Assembly (NCBI GenBank): GCA_964019425.1
Contig: OZ025780.1
Coordinates: 1 to 64,000, forward strand
Direction: 5' to 3'
Origin: Flectonema sp. DT1601
Taxonomy: Eukaryota
Length of the DNA: 64,000 bases
Every line of letters starts with the position of its first letter. The first letter of the stretch is position 1. The position numbers were made by a program, and so were the translations under genes. Positions 23,464-35,883 of the stretch are shown here, one piece after another. The notes beneath the pieces are model-generated. The model had not been told where the DNA came from. It searched no databases and saw only the letters and a program-made list of their open reading frames with translations.

Positions 23464-24223
23464 TGCTGATTCTCTTCCCGCAAGCAAATTTTAGCTGCTT
23501 ACTTTTTTCCTGCAAACAAATTTAAGCTGCCAATTTTCTTCAGTAGGAAGTAAGTAAGATTTATTTTTGCCTAAGGAAAAATGCTGGATTTTTGTGCCCG
23601 AGCAGGTCTAAAAAAGATGGGTAACCATTTTCTTAAAGTATAAAATGTGATGAAAATTCTTTTTTAGTATGGTTTTGAAATTTAAGTGTATGGTTGCCAG
23701 TTTAGTAGGTAGTTAAAAAAGAATTCTTCAGAAGAAATCTTCCCTTTATAATATTTTCTGAAGGATTTATTTTTTTCTACAGATCTCCTAAAAAAGATGG
23801 GAACACATAGTTGATCTATCCAAAAGTCTTCATAAATCCCTGTTAACCATTTTCTTAAAATATAAAAAGTGATGAGAAAGAAATTTTGTTAGTAAGTGGT
23901 ATGGTTTTGAAATTTAGGTGTATGGCTGCCAATTTAGTTAGCAAGAATTTTCTTTTTGAAATAATTTTTTCCTTCTTAATGAGTTTTGGGTTTTAGGTGC
24001 CAAGCTGTGAAAAAGCAATCTTTGATTTCATTTCTTTTTTGGTAAAGGGTCTTTCCTACACAAATAGTTTCAGAACTAACCATTCTTTACAAAACCCAAA
24101 ATGGCTGTAAACCGTCCAGTTCGACCCTGGGTGAGGGCATTTTTGTTTTTTCTTGATTCTTTTTCAGGAGGTTGGCCTTTATTAGTGGCTCCCCCCCCTT
24201 GGGGGGGGTTGGGGGGGGGGGGG

Positions 24224-26197
24224 TAGGGGGGGGTACAAGCTGTCGATAAAGTACTTTTTCCGAATTTTGGTAAATATAACCTTCCCGGGGGCAAAAAATA
24301 CCCAGGACTCCATCAGAACCCCCAAAAATGTGATTTCGGGGCCGAAAAAACCTCGATTTGGCTGATTTCGGCAAAGGAATGAAAAATCTCAAAAAGTGTG
24401 GACCGTGTGGTACCTGGGGGTCCAATTTTGAGGCCTGTGAAATGCACCTTCAAATAATTTTTTTTTACAATGAGAAGAGGTGAGTCTTGGTGTGCCCCTG
24501 TATGCGCAGTTTGCTAATATACCATTTCCGTATCAGTTTCCACCTCAAGAACACGCCACGAAAAAGAACAGCGCTCTCGCTCGGCCATGCTTGAGGCCAC
24601 GAGGCTCACGGGCAGGATAACGCAGCGGAAAACGACGTTCTGCAGGGCAGCTCACAAAGTCATTCTGCGGAGGAGAGCATTGAACCCAGAGTGCATGAAA
24701 ACACCTCCCGAGGCATCTCTGAAGTCACTCAACAGCACTTGGACAGTTAGAAGTAAGATACACGTGAGAAAGGGGCCAAGAAACGTCCAGTATCTGAATC
24801 GTGATCACAGAAGGCTCACAGAATGGAGAAAGCGCCACGTCAGTACCCCAAACAGGGATAATCCTGAAGACAGCTGTAGTGGTAGTGCGTCAAATAGCAG
24901 TGCCATAGATAAGCAGCAGCGACATAGGGCAACATGCCCCATCCAAAAAGCCGTTCAAGGCATCACTTAAGACCCAACCATACTCACCAGCAGGGCATAC
25001 AAGACACCCTAGTATATGCAGCATAAGGAGAAGTACGAAAGACACACCCGCTTGCAACTGTACCCAAACGAGGGGGATATACTCCTGGAGTCTTGGAGTC
25101 GTAACACTGCAGATATTGCGGCAACAAGGGATCGGCGCAGAGAGATCCAACTAAGCCCTGAGTGAGTGACACAGTTGAAGCTGTCGCAGGTGCACAGACA
25201 GAAGAGAAGCGGGTCGAAGTCACCAATTATATCTTGAAGGACAGTCCGACTTGTTGATGGATTCACAGGTGATCTGTCAGTGACCTGACTTCTTGAAGCA
25301 GCAGCTTCCTCCTCACCCTCCGTCACATTGCTGCAGCATGATACTTCCTCTAGTGCCCGTCGTGCTCGTGGGATGAAGCTAACAACCGTTGTGTTCGTTG
25401 TCATCCTGCACCCCTCAAGGGATGGGGAGGTTATTCAGTGTTGTTGATAGTTCTTGGTCAACTGATGGAACCAGTGGCGTGAATGCTGCCCTACTGATAA
25501 CGTACAACATATTCCAGAGGCACACGGGCTTCCAAAGGCTACCACATCAACGCAGGACCACCGACCCTCTTCAGATTGGCAAGAACACGCACGACAGGAG
25601 GCGCTACAGGGGCTGAACGTACCACTCCGTCCTCACGGGGAAGACCTCTAGACAGCAAGGCCTAATGTTAATCTGCCATCCGCATCCAAGGATTGGTCCT
25701 CCGTCTATCTTGTACAGAAAGAAGCACAGCTTCGAGCCGAATTTCGAAAGCTGAGCACATGGGATGTTCAAGAGAAGGCGAGTAGCCTAAACATCGGACA
25801 TGGGGGAATTAACACGCCGGGTCTCGTGTAGCATTTTATTAAGGTTCAAATCAGGTTGATAAAAATAAAAATTGGGTTCCCATTTCATCTCCCACTCAAC
25901 TCAGAGGGAAACCCTGGTTATGGATTGCTCACTGCACGGAATTACTTATGATTTTTGAGAGCCCTCCTAATACACCCCTTGTTTTCACCCCCCTCAGGTA
26001 CCACACGGTCCACACTTTTTGAGATTTTTCAAAGACTTGCTCTAAAGTGCCGAAGAACTGTTTCTTTGGATCGCAATCCCCATTTTTGGGGTATATGTTG
26101 CAGTTTTCATAATTTGGGTGTCCAAAAAACTTGTTCTCCGGAAAAAAACCGAAAGTGCCCAAAATCTCCGTAAAATCGATGCTTGTACCCCCCCCTA
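24224..26197. mobile_element. TIR DNA transposon (hAT-like termini, non-autonomous) inserted into a poly-G tract
   Basis: Perfect 17-bp TIR TAGGGGGGGGTACAAGC, plus an inner inverted block ctcaaaaagtgtggaccgtgtggtacctg (about 24388 and 25995). G-runs flank both sides, and the empty site is visible in copies 1 and 3. Confidence 0.8.
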
Positions 26198-26924
26198 GGG
26201 GGGGGGGGGCTGCGTTCCGCCATCCCATAGTTCTTCCCACATTTCTATTTTATTGGAAATAATGAACGATAACCTTATTAATATAACTAAATTCCTATAT
26301 TCCCATCCCAGGGTCGCACACATTGCAGATACAGGTTCGATAAACCTGTTGTAAAATACTTCCAAATGTAACAAACAGATAACCTAAGCCACATATCCAA
26401 TCATCATAAACCTAGCTGTCGTTTTCGTGCTAGCATATTAATATAACAACAACTACAGATATCTTTCAGAAAAACAAAAACAAAGGACTTGATAAAACAG
26501 GGTGCAGTGTGCATTTTCAGCTAAGGGAGGACATTTTTCATTTGTCGTCCCGTTGGGACAGAAAAGTAATAAATAAATAAAAAATTGCGAAAAAAAAAGA
26601 AATTGCTTATATATAACGCTTATTTATTTTTATTTTATTCTTTTTTCTCATGTTTGATTATCTCTTCATATTATTTATTTTTTTTTTTCTGCCTCCCCCT
26701 TAATCCTGTTCGTTTCTTTGAAACAAAAATTCATTTGAATATTATTCCTTGGTCAGCATCTTTCATTGTCGCCCTTTGGGCCTGTTAAAAAAAGAAAAAA
26801 AAAAAAAAAAGAAAGTTTACATCGGGAATAGGGCAGGAGCCAAAAGCCCCCAGTCCGTTACTTCCCACCTTTTCGAAAACTTATTTATAAATAAAAATTG
26901 CAGAAAAGTAATAATAATAAAAAG

Positions 26925-27001
26925 TTGCGATATCCCAGGGGTAGTGGTATAACCCTCGCCCTGGGGCTGGGCGATCGCTGGTTCGACCCCTGCCACTGCA
27001 A
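26925..27001 (+). pseudogene. tRNA-like segment 1 of the Helitron-like unit (also 33913-33990; internally deleted at 20750-20801)
   Basis: A-box-like GTAGTGGTA, stem TCGCCC-TGGGGCT-GGGCGA and B box GGTTCGACCCC. Confidence 0.45.
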
Positions 27002-27167
27002 TAACCCATCGCGCCCGTACACGCAATTAGTTCAAATCCCGCGCCCGAAGGGCGTCCAGGGTAGGCACCTGGTACGTTAAGACTGGAGAGAAGGGAAAAT
27101 GGAAGGATTTCCATAAAGAGGCTAAGAACACACAAATAAATAAATAAATAAAAAAAAAAAAATCCCA

Positions 27168-27245
27168 GGGCTGCACAGCCGAGTGGATACCTTAAATCTC
27201 TTAAATCTCTTCGGTAGCCGTGGCAAGGGTTCAATTCCCAGGCAC
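27168..27245 (+). pseudogene. tRNA-like segment 2 (degenerate, tRNA-Leu/Ser-like; also 20978-21047 and 34088-34156)
   Basis: A box AGCCGAGTGG and B box GGTTCAATTCC, followed by a T-rich stretch. Confidence 0.45.
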
Positions 27246-29814
27246 ATTCTTTGTGTTTTTCAACCAGAAAAATTAGTAAGAAGAAAGTAGCAAGGAAAAG
27301 GGTACAAAATTGGACTTAACTTAACGCGAGCGAAGCGAGCGTAAAGTTTAGTTCAAATTTGTACCCTGGACGGGTACCTAGCCAGGGAATAAAAACAGAC
27401 GTGACTTGGTTGTAAAAATAATGTTTGTTCAGAAAGCTTAAAAAAAAAGAGTTGTGTGCGAGCAACGCGAGCCTGGAAGGGGTATCTCTAGTGCGGGTTT
27501 GCGGGTTTCTCCTATATAATTGTCAGCATTGGGGATATTTTGGGTTCTGAGGAGATCCACCAAGTCCTGGGCCAGGTACCCAGGCCAGGCCTCACCTAAT
27601 TACACACTAATTCTTCTTTGCATTCCCGCAAGAAGGTCTGGTTCTAAGTGCAACATGAGTGTTGACTGGTGCCACGCATTACGGAAAGAAAAGTAGCGTT
27701 GCATATTGACCTGTGGCAAGTCGGCGCTACCAAATGACAGTCTGATGATCCACGGCGGGCGTTTGCAGAAAGAAATTTACCTTTGTCTACGGAATTTTTT
27801 TTTTTTTTTTTACCACTTTTTGCGCCACTCACCTCCAAAAAAACATGAGTACATCTTTTTTTATGGTTATCTCTCGATCTATCGGCCCCGAAAAGTCTTC
27901 ACAAATTTCTGTGTGGAGAAAAAAGTTTTGCAGTTGTTTGCCAGTCAAAACTTACGCATGTAAGCTGGCCAGGCCTAGCTACTTCCGTACTGGGAATGGG
28001 GCTTCTGTTTCTTCCTGCTAGCAGGCCTGGTACTAAGTACTACGTAATAGTGCCACGCATTACAGGAATAATATTAGGTTGCTCAGAAGTGCTATGTAAG
28101 CTGGCCAGGCCTAGCTACTTCCGTACTGGGAATGAGGCTTCTGTTTCTTCCTGCTAGCAGGCCTGGTGCTAAGTGCTACGTAATAGTGTCACGCATTACA
28201 GGAATAATATTAGGTTGCCCAGAAGTGCTATGTAAGCGCCAGGCCTAGCTACTTCCGTACTGAGAATGAGGCTTCTGCTACGTAATAGTGTCACGCATTA
28301 CAGGAATAATATTAGGTTGCTCAGAAGTGCTATGTAAGCTGGCCAGGCCTAGCTACTTCCGTACTGAGAATGAGGCTTCTGTTTCTTCCTGCTGGCAGGC
28401 CTGGTGCTAAGTGCTACGTAATAGTGTCACGCATTACAGGAATAATATTAGGTTGCTCAGAAGTGCTATGTAAGCTGGCCAGGCCTAGCTACTTCTGTAC
28501 TGAGAATGGGGCTTCTGTTTCTTCCTGCTGGCAGGCCTGGTGCTAAGTGCTACGTAATAGTGTCACGCATTACAGGAATAATATTAGGTTGCTCAGAAGT
28601 GCTATGTAAGCTGGCCAGGCCTAGCTACTTCCGTACTGGGAATGAGGCTTCTGTTTCTTCCTGCTAGCAGGCCTGGTGCTAAGTGCTACGTAATAGTGTC
28701 ACGCATTACAGGAATAATATTAGGGCCTAGCTACTTCCGTACTGAGAATGAGGCTTCTGCTACGTAATAGTGTCACGCATTACAGGAATAATATTAGGTT
28801 GCTCAGAAGTGCTATGTAAGCTGGCCAGGCCTAGCTACTTCCGTGCTGGGGATGAGGCTTCTGTTTCTTCCTGCTAGCAGGCCTGGTGCTAAGTGCTACG
28901 TAATAGTGTCACGCATTACAGGAATAATATTAGGGCCTAGCTACTTCCGTACTGAGAATGAGGCTTCTGCTACGTAATAGTGTCACGCATTACAGGAATA
29001 ATATTAGGTTGCTCAGAAGTGCTATGTAAGCTGGCCAGGCCTAGCAACTTCCGTACTGAGAATGAGGCTTCTGTTTCTTCCTGCTGGCAGGCCTGGTGCT
29101 AAGTGCTACGTAATAGTGTCACGCATTACAGGAATAATATTAGGTTGCTCAGAAGTGCTATGTAAGCTGGCCAGGCCTAGCTACTTCCGTACTGAGAATG
29201 GGGCTTCTGTTTCTTCCTGCTGGCAGGCCTGGTGCTAAGTGCTACGTAATAGTGTCACGCATTACAGGAATAATATTAGGTTGCTCAGAAGTGCTATGGC
29301 TGGCAGGCCTGGTGCTAAGTGCTACGTAATAGTGTCACGCATTACAGGAATAATATTAGGTTGCTCAGAAGTGCTATGTAAGCTGGCCAGGCCTAGCTAC
29401 TTCCGTACTGAGAATGAGGCTTCTGTTTCTTCCTGCTGGCAGGCCTGGTGCTAAGTGCTACGTAATAGTGTCACGCATTACAGGAATAATATTAGGTTGC
29501 TCAGAAGTGCTATGTAAGCTGGCCAGGCCTAGCTACTTCCGTACTGGGAATGAGGCTTCTGTTTCTTCCCGCAAGCAGGCCTGGTGCTAAGTGCTACGTG
29601 CTAAGTGTTGAATGGTGTCACGCATTACGGGAAGAAAGGTAGAGTGTTGCATGTTAACCTGTTGCAGGTTGGCACTACCAAATGACCTGGTGACCCACGG
29701 GGGGGCGTTTGCGGAAAGAGAATTGCTGCTTTTGCAGTTATTTGCCTTTGTCACGGGATTTTTTTTTTTTTTTTTTTTACTGCTTTTTGTGCCACTCACC
29801 TCCAAGAAATCATG

Positions 29815-32452
29815 CTGCTTATTTTCTTCCCGCAAGCAAATTTTGGCTGCTTATTTTCTTCCCGCAAGCAAATTTTAGCTGCTTATTTTTTTCTTTCAGG
29901 CAAATTTTAGCTGCTTATTTTTTTCTTGCAAGCAAATTTTAGCTGCCTATTTTCTTCCCGCAAGCAAATTTTGGCTGCTTATTTTCTTCCCGCAAGCAAA
30001 TTTTAGCTGCTTATTTTTTTCTTTCAGGCAAATTTTAGCTGCTTATTTTTTTCTTTCAGGCAAATTTTAGCTGCTTATTTTCTTCCCGCAAGCAAATTTT
30101 AGCTGCTTATTTTCTTCCCGCAAGCAAATTTTGGCTGCTTATTTTCTTCCCGCAAGCAAATTTTGGCTGCTTATTTTCTTCCCGCAAGCAAATTTTAGCT
30201 GCTTATTTTTTTCTTTCAGGCAAATTTTAGCTGCTTATTTTTTTCTTGCAAGCAAATTTTAGCTGCCTATTTTCTTCCCGCAAGCAAATTTTGGCTGCTT
30301 ATTTTCTTCCCGCAAGCAAATTTTAGCTGCTTATTTTTTTCTTTCAGGCAAATTTTAGCTGCTTATTTTTTTCTTTCAGGCAAATTTTAGCTGCTTATTT
30401 TCTTCCCGCAAGCAAATTTTAGCTGCTTATTTTCTTCCCGCAAGCAAATTTTGGCTGCTTATTTTCTTCCCGCAAGCAAATTTTAGCTGCTTATTTTCTT
30501 CCCGCAAGCAAATTTTAGCTGCTAATTTTCTTCCCGCAAGCAAATTTTGGCTGCTTATTTTCTTCCCGCAAGCAAATTTTAGCTGCTTTTTTTTTTCTTT
30601 CAGGCAAATTTTAGCTGCTTATTTTTTTCTTGCAAGCAAATTTTAGCTGCTAATTTTCTTCCCGCAAGTAAATTTTAGCTGCTTATTTTCTTCCCGCAAG
30701 CAAATTTTAGCTGCTAATTTTCTTCCCGCAAGCAAATTTTGGCTGCTTATTTTCTTCCCGCAAGCAAATTTTAGCTGCTTATTTTCTTCCCGCAAGCAAA
30801 TTTTAGCTGCTTATTTTCTTCCCGCAAGCAAATTTTGGCTGCTTATTTTCTTCCCGCAAGCAAATTTTAGCTGCTTATTTTCTTCCCGCAAGCAAATTTT
30901 AGCTGCTAATTTTCTTCCCGCAAGCAAATTTTGGCTGCTTATTTTCTTCCCGCAAGCAAATTTTAGCTGCTTATTTTTTTCTTTCAGGCAAATTTTAGCT
31001 GCTTATTTTTTTCTTGCAAGCAAATTTTAGCTGCCTATTTTCTTCCCGCAAGCAAATTTTGGCTGCTTATTTTCTTCCCGCAAGCAAATTTTAGCTGCTT
31101 ATTTTTTTCTTTCAGGCAAATTTTAGCTGCTTATTTTTTTCTTTCAGGCAAATTTTAGCTGCTTATTTTCTTCCCGCAAGCAAATTTTAGCTGCTTATTT
31201 TCTTCCCGCAAGCAAATTTTGGCTGCTTATTTTCTTCCCGCAAGCAAATTTTGGCTGCTTATTTTCTTCCCGCAAGCAAATTTTAGCTGCTTATTTTTTT
31301 CTTTCAGGCAAATTTTAGCTGCTTATTTTTTTCTTGCAAGCAAATTTTAGCTGCCTATTTTCTTCCCGCAAGCAAATTTTGGCTGCTTATTTTCTTCCCG
31401 CAAGCAAATTTTAGCTGCTTATTTTTTTCTTTCAGGCAAATTTTAGCTGCTTATTTTTTTCTTTCAGGCAAATTTTAGCTGCTTATTTTCTTCCCGCAAG
31501 CAAATTTTAGCTGCTTATTTTCTTCCCGCAAGCAAATTTTGGCTGCTTATTTTCTTCCCGCAAGCAAATTTTAGCTGCTTATTTTCTTCCCGCAAGCAAA
31601 TTTTAGCTGCTAATTTTCTTCCCGCAAGCAAATTTTGGCTGCTTATTTTCTTCCCGCAAGCAAATTTTAGCTGCTTTTTTTTTTCTTTCAGGCAAATTTT
31701 AGCTGCTTATTTTTTTCTTGCAAGCAAATTTTAGCTGCTAATTTTCTTCCCGCAAGTAAATTTTAGCTGCTTATTTTCTTCCCGCAAGCAAATTTTAGCT
31801 GCTAATTTTCTTCCCGCAAGCAAATTTTGGCTGCTTATTTTCTTCCCGCAAGCAAATTTTAGCTGCTTATTTTTTTCTTTCAGGCAAATTTTAGCTGCTT
31901 ATTTTTTTCTTGCAAGCAAATTTTAGCTGCTTATTTTCTTCCCGCAAGCAAATTTTAGCTGCTTATTTTCTTCCCGCAAGCAAATTTTGGCTGCTTATTT
32001 TCTTCCCGCAAGCAAATTTTAGCTGCTTATTTTCTTCCCGCAAGCAAATTTTGGCTGCTTATTTTCTTCCCGCAAGCAAATTTTAGCTGCTTTTTTTTTT
32101 CTTTCAGGCAAATTTTAGCTGCTTATTTTCTTCCCGCAAGCAAATTTTAGCTGCTAATTTTCTTCCCGCAAGCAAATTTTAGCTGCTTATTTTCTTCCCG
32201 CAAGCAAATTTTGGCTGCTTATTTTCTTCCCGCAAGCAAATTTTAGCTGCTAATTTTCTTCCCGCAAGCAAATTTTGGCTGCTTATTTTCTTCCCGCGAG
32301 CAAATTTTAGCTGCTTATTTTTTTCTTTCAGGCAAATTTTAGCTGCTTATTTTTTTCTTGCAAGCAAATTTTAGCTGCTAATTTTCTTCCCGCAAGCAAA
32401 TTTTGGCTGCTTCTTTTCTTCCCGCAAGCAAATTTTAGCTGCTAATTTTCTT
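29815..32452 (+). repeat. 32-bp tandem minisatellite CAAATTTTAGCTGCTTATTTTCTTCCCGCAAG (shorter arrays at 19210-19500 and 22530-23500)
   Basis: Directly visible. Period 32, with recurring variant units. Confidence 0.95.
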
Positions 32453-34365
32453 CCGTCTCACAAAGTAAAGTATAAAATGTGATGAAAATTCTTTTTAGTA
32501 TGGTTTTGAAATTTAAGTGTATGGTTGCCAATTTAGTAGGTAGTTAAAAAAAAATTCTTCAGAAAAAATCTTTCCTTTATAATATTTTCTGAAAGATTTA
32601 TTTTTTTCTACAGATTTCCTAAAAGAGATGGGAACACATAGTTGATCTATCCAAAAGTCTTCATAAATTCCTGTTAACCATTTTCTTAAAATATAAAAAG
32701 TGATGAGAAAGAAATTTTGTTAGTAAGTGGTATGGTTTTGAAATTTAGGTGTATGGCCGCCAATTTAGTTAGCAAAAATTTGCTTTTTGAAATAATTTTT
32801 TCCTTCTTAATGAGTTTTGGGTTTTAGGTGCCAAGCTGTGAAAAAGCAATCTTTGATTTCATTTCTTTTTGGGTAAAGGGTCTTTCCTACACAAATAGTT
32901 TCAGAACTAACCATTCTTTACAAAACCCAAAATGGCTGTAAACCGTCCAGTTCAACCTTGGGTGAGGGCATTTTTGTTTTTTCTTGATTCTTCTTCAGGA
33001 GGTTGGCCTTTATTAGTGGCTCCCCCCCCTTGGGGGGGGTTGGGGGGGGGGGGCTGCGTTCCGCCATCCCATAGTTCTTCCCACATTTCTATTTTATTGG
33101 AAATAATGAACGATAACCTTATTAATATAACTAAATTCCCATATTCCCATCCCAGGGTCGCACACATTGCAGATACAGGTTCGATAAACCTGTTGTAAAA
33201 TACTTCCAAATGTAACAAACAGATAACCTAAGCCACATATCCAATCATCATAAACCTAGCCGTCGTTTTCGTGCTAGCATATTAATATAACAACAACTAC
33301 AGATATCTTTCAGAAAAACAAAAACAAAGGACTTGATAAAACAGGGTGCAGTGTGCATTTTCAGCTAAGGGAGGACATTTTTCATTTGTCGTCCCGTTGG
33401 GACAGAAAAGTAATAAATAAATAGAAAATTGCGAAAAAAAAAAGAAATTGCTTATATATAACGTTTATTTATTTATTTTTATTTTATTTTTTTTTTTCAT
33501 GTTTGATTATTTCCTCTTCATATTACTTTTTTTTTTTTTTTTTCTGCCTCTCCCTTAATCCTGTTCGTTTCTTTGAAACGAAAATTCATTTGAATATTAT
33601 TCCTTGGTCAGCAACCATCATTGTCGCCCTTTGGGCCTGTTAAAAAAAATAAAAAATAAAAAGAAAGTTTACATCGGGAATAGGGCAGGAGCCAAAAGCC
33701 CCCAGTCCGTTACTTCCCACTTTATCGAAATTATTCGTTGGCCAGCATCTTTCATTGTCGCCCTTTGGGCCTGTTAAAAAAAAAAAAAAAAAAAAAAAGA
33801 AAGTTTACATCGGGAATAGGGCAGGAGCCAAAAGCTCCCAGTCCGTTACTTCCCACCTTTTCGAAAACTTATTTATAAATAAAAATTGCAGAAAAGCAAT
33901 AATAATAAGAAGTTGCGATATCCCAGGGGTAGTGGTATAACCCTCGCCCTGGGGCTGGGTGATTGCTGGTTCGACCCCCTGCCACTGCAATAACCCATCG
34001 CGCCCGTACACGCAATTAGTTCAAATCCCGTGCCCGAAGGGCGTCCAGGGTAGGCACCTGGTAGACTTAAAAAAAAAGAAAATCCCAGGGCTGCACAGCT
34101 GAGTGGATACCTTAAATCTCTTCGGTAGCCGTGGCAAGGGTTCAATTCCCAGGCACATTTTTTGTGTTTTTCAACCAGAAAAATTAGTAAGAAGAAAGTA
34201 GCAAGGAAAAGGGTACAAAATTGGACTTAACTTAACGCGAGCGAAGCGAGCGTAAAGTTAAGTTCAAATTTGTACCCTGGACGGGTACCTAGCTAGAATT
34301 CATTCAGGTAATTTTCCACCAAGCTTAGCACCGGAAAGAAATAATCAAAGGAATCAGACAGAAAA

Positions 34366-35835
34366 GTGTATGATTCCGAAGTTGGAAAAATGAACAAAAC
34401 AACAGACATTTTTTATATATTCTTTAGCCTTCTATTTTTTCAAAAAGAAATTCTTTATACAGCTCGATCACTTCTTTCTCTCACACTCACGCCACTTGTT
34501 GAGTTTACATTCCCTGCTGCCTTGAAGAATGTATGGGAGAAAAAGACAGGGAATCCGGTACCTACAGAGAGTGAAATGATTGATTTGGATACAGCAAAAG
34601 CAGATATCCCGTTTGAAGTGGACCTCAATCAGCTGAGGAATGATACATCGCTTAGGGAGATGGTAAGGGGGACACTTGCCATCTCTTTGGGGATGCCGCA
34701 AGGATCATTGGCGACGGTCCCAATAACACATGCAGTTGTGTTATTGGGTCTGCTGTCAAGGGTAAATCGAGGATTGGTAGCAGAAAAAGCCGCGAAGGTT
34801 GGAGAGCGGCTGTCAAGGGGGGAGAACCCCCGTCTCGTGTCGTATGATGACGCCAACGATGCGATGGGCAGTCTGCAGGAGGATGCAGCCTTACTGCGTC
34901 AACAGGCGCAGCAGGCATGTTCAGACAATGCCGAAGCAACGAGGGTGTTAGAAAGTCGGACAGAGGCAACCTTTTCTGGAGTGGGTCAGAGGTTTGAATC
35001 GGTTGCCAGGTACAGGGAAAACACGGCTGAAGAGATGGGGTCGATAAGGACGACCATCGAAGATTTTACAATGAGACAGCAGCAACAGCAACAACAAACC
35101 GAGACTGTAATGCAGTCGCTAATGGCGGAACTCGTTTCGCTAAAAACACGGGTAGAAAGACAAGAGACACGACCACAGCAACACGAAGCAGTGAAGATGC
35201 CGATGCCACCGCCACCACCGCCACTATCACATCAGCCACCGATGCCGATGCCACCGCCACTATCACATCAGCCACCAGTGGGGATGCCACCTCAGCCATT
35301 CCAGCCACCGGTGATACAACAGAATACTCAGCCTGAACCTGATCATGAAGAGCACCTAGAACTGATAACTGACCCGTCATGTGCAAAGGAGGTCAAGGCA
35401 TGGGAGGAAATCCTTGAAGCGAAGGAGGCGGCGACACTAGTGATGAAGCTTGATGGCCGATATGTTTCCGGTCTAAAATATGGTCTGGGAGGGGACTTAT
35501 TGGTTGAAAAATTTGAGAACCTCTCAAACTTCCTTTTTGGTATGGAAAGAGTGACAGGCTGGACGCAGGTTCCTCACTTGGTGAAGTTGGGGGATGATTT
35601 GTTGAGACAGTTAAGGTTTCAACACTTTTTCTGTACAGACGGTACAAAGCGGTCGGAGCTTCAGGAGCAACTACTGATAGCATCCGAAGATCCTGTAGAA
35701 AAGGCGAATGCCTTGATAGTAAAAAAGAAGAGAGCACGCCCACCAACCTTTGTAAAGAAACTGAATGTGGGTAACCGCTTTCAGTTCAGACCGAAGGGAA
35801 ACGCCGGGGGGGGCTCACGTCTACAGGCGAAGTGA
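34366..35835 (+). CDS. Gag-like ORF1 of element 3 (true start probably near 34489)
   Basis: VEFTFPAAL..W motif, Q- and P-rich linker, and a C-terminus similar to element 1 gag. Confidence 0.75.
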   Translation: MYDSEVGKMNKTTDIFYIFFSLLFFQKEILYTARSLLSLTLTPLVEFTFPAALKNVWEKKTGNPVPTESEMIDLDTAKADIPFEVDLNQLRNDTSLREMVRGTLAISLGMPQGSLATVPITHAVVLLGLLSRVNRGLVAEKAAKVGERLSRGENPRLVSYDDANDAMGSLQEDAALLRQQAQQACSDNAEATRVLESRTEATFSGVGQRFESVARYRENTAEEMGSIRTTIEDFTMRQQQQQQQTETVMQSLMAELVSLKTRVERQETRPQQHEAVKMPMPPPPPPLSHQPPMPMPPPLSHQPPVGMPPQPFQPPVIQQNTQPEPDHEEHLELITDPSCAKEVKAWEEILEAKEAATLVMKLDGRYVSGLKYGLGGDLLVEKFENLSNFLFGMERVTGWTQVPHLVKLGDDLLRQLRFQHFFCTDGTKRSELQEQLLIASEDPVEKANALIVKKKRARPPTFVKKLNVGNRFQFRPKGNAGGGSRLQAK

Positions 35836-35883
35836 ACCGCGGGAACCCCTTCTATCGCAAGTCAGCATGGAGCTGCAAGTTCG

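Larger units (their letters stand above)
21301..27491 (+). mobile_element. Non-autonomous Helitron-like unit, copy 2 (with two nested insertions)
   Basis: TCCCCTATATAAT ... TCTCTAG. Separated from copy 1 by exactly one 8-mer and from copy 3 by exactly two. Confidence 0.65.

Noticed and set aside
18086..32452. 135-bp and 32-bp arrays as CRISPR arrays
   Set aside because: Head-to-tail tandem units with no unique spacers, no cas genes, and a eukaryotic context.
23072..34156. tRNA-like segments as functional tRNA genes
   Set aside because: Acceptor or anticodon stems are defective and the segments lie within repeats, so they are reported only as tRNA-like.
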